Below, piece after piece: positions 63,354 to 64,000 of a DNA stretch of 64,000 nucleotides. This stretch comes from Lytechinus pictus. Lineage: Eukaryota. The stretch is taken from NCBI RefSeq assembly GCF_037042905.1, contig NC_087246.1, forward strand, positions 31,434,001 through 31,498,000, written 5' to 3'. Within the stretch, counting starts at the first letter, position 1; each line of letters begins with the position of its first letter. The position numbers and the translations under genes are program-made. The notes below the pieces were generated by a model that did no database searches, was not told where the DNA came from, and saw only the letters and a list, made by a program, of their open reading frames with translations.

Positions 63354-64000
63354 AACGTTAATCTGATACTACGCAACATGTTGTAAGTGCTATAGCTTGT
63401 CAGACTAAAAATTGCTAATAAATCAGTGTGATTTTGTGTAGAAAGTCAATTACTCACTACACATGATAATTTTCATTTTACCACATTAAATTAATTGATT
63501 TTAAAACAATTTACAGGGCCTACCACAAAAAGATCGAAATACAAAGAAATATATGAATTAATAGAATAAAATATAAAATCGACTGATTTCTAAAACTTTT
63601 TTATCTAAATGAAATTATTAGGAATGCTTACACCAAATATTGAGGCGCTTTATTTAGTAAAATAGAGCAAATGGTATGATTTATGTATAAATTAGCAGAA
63701 TTATTCTATGTATTGTTTGTTTGTTTCATTTTCAATTTTATTTCTGCGTTCAAAATAATACATTATAGTATCTACATTGTTTGCAATCTATATTATTATG
63801 AAGTAGTATCTTTATTATTTCAGAAAAATTGACCATGTCTTGTAAATAATATGCACATTGTTTTCGGTGCTCGCGAGATCGCCGGCCGAAATAACAGGGG
63901 TGGGGGTGAATTTGCCCCGGCCTCCAACCGGCCAGCGAGCACCCCCCCCCCAAAAAAAAAAAGCCCGGCCTGGTTAGGCTAAGATGCATATTTTTCAAAG

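Overview
AT-rich, repeat-dense animal genomic DNA with one short assembly gap (10707-10854). It is not prokaryotic. The repeat types and poly-G/C runs suggest an invertebrate deuterostome, most likely a sea urchin (inference). The only well-supported gene is a 1186-codon ORF on the minus strand (60374-56814). It is mostly low-complexity but carries motifs I recognise from the transcriptional co-activator MN1 (SQNCIAALSAACRNIIA; basic GRRRRKS; HPLEILQAQIKIQRKQF; D-x-D-x-L...WY...WE). The other ~56 kb is intronic or intergenic. It is filled with non-autonomous DNA transposons (Harbinger-, Kolobok-, piggyBac-, hAT- and EnSpm-like), Helentron-associated DINE-1/pearl-type elements, tRNA-derived SINEs, a near-perfect 5057-bp tandem duplication and several enhancer-like islands. 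The most unusual signal is six independent 16-28 bp CATG...CATG inserts, mostly palindromic, each flanked by a perfect 7-bp direct repeat (consensus STNNNAY). These fit excision footprints of a P/Galileo-superfamily transposon that is not itself present. TACATGTA and TAGGCCTA octamers are also strongly enriched and may be footprints of other cut-and-paste families. All family assignments come from structure and recall; no database search was run.
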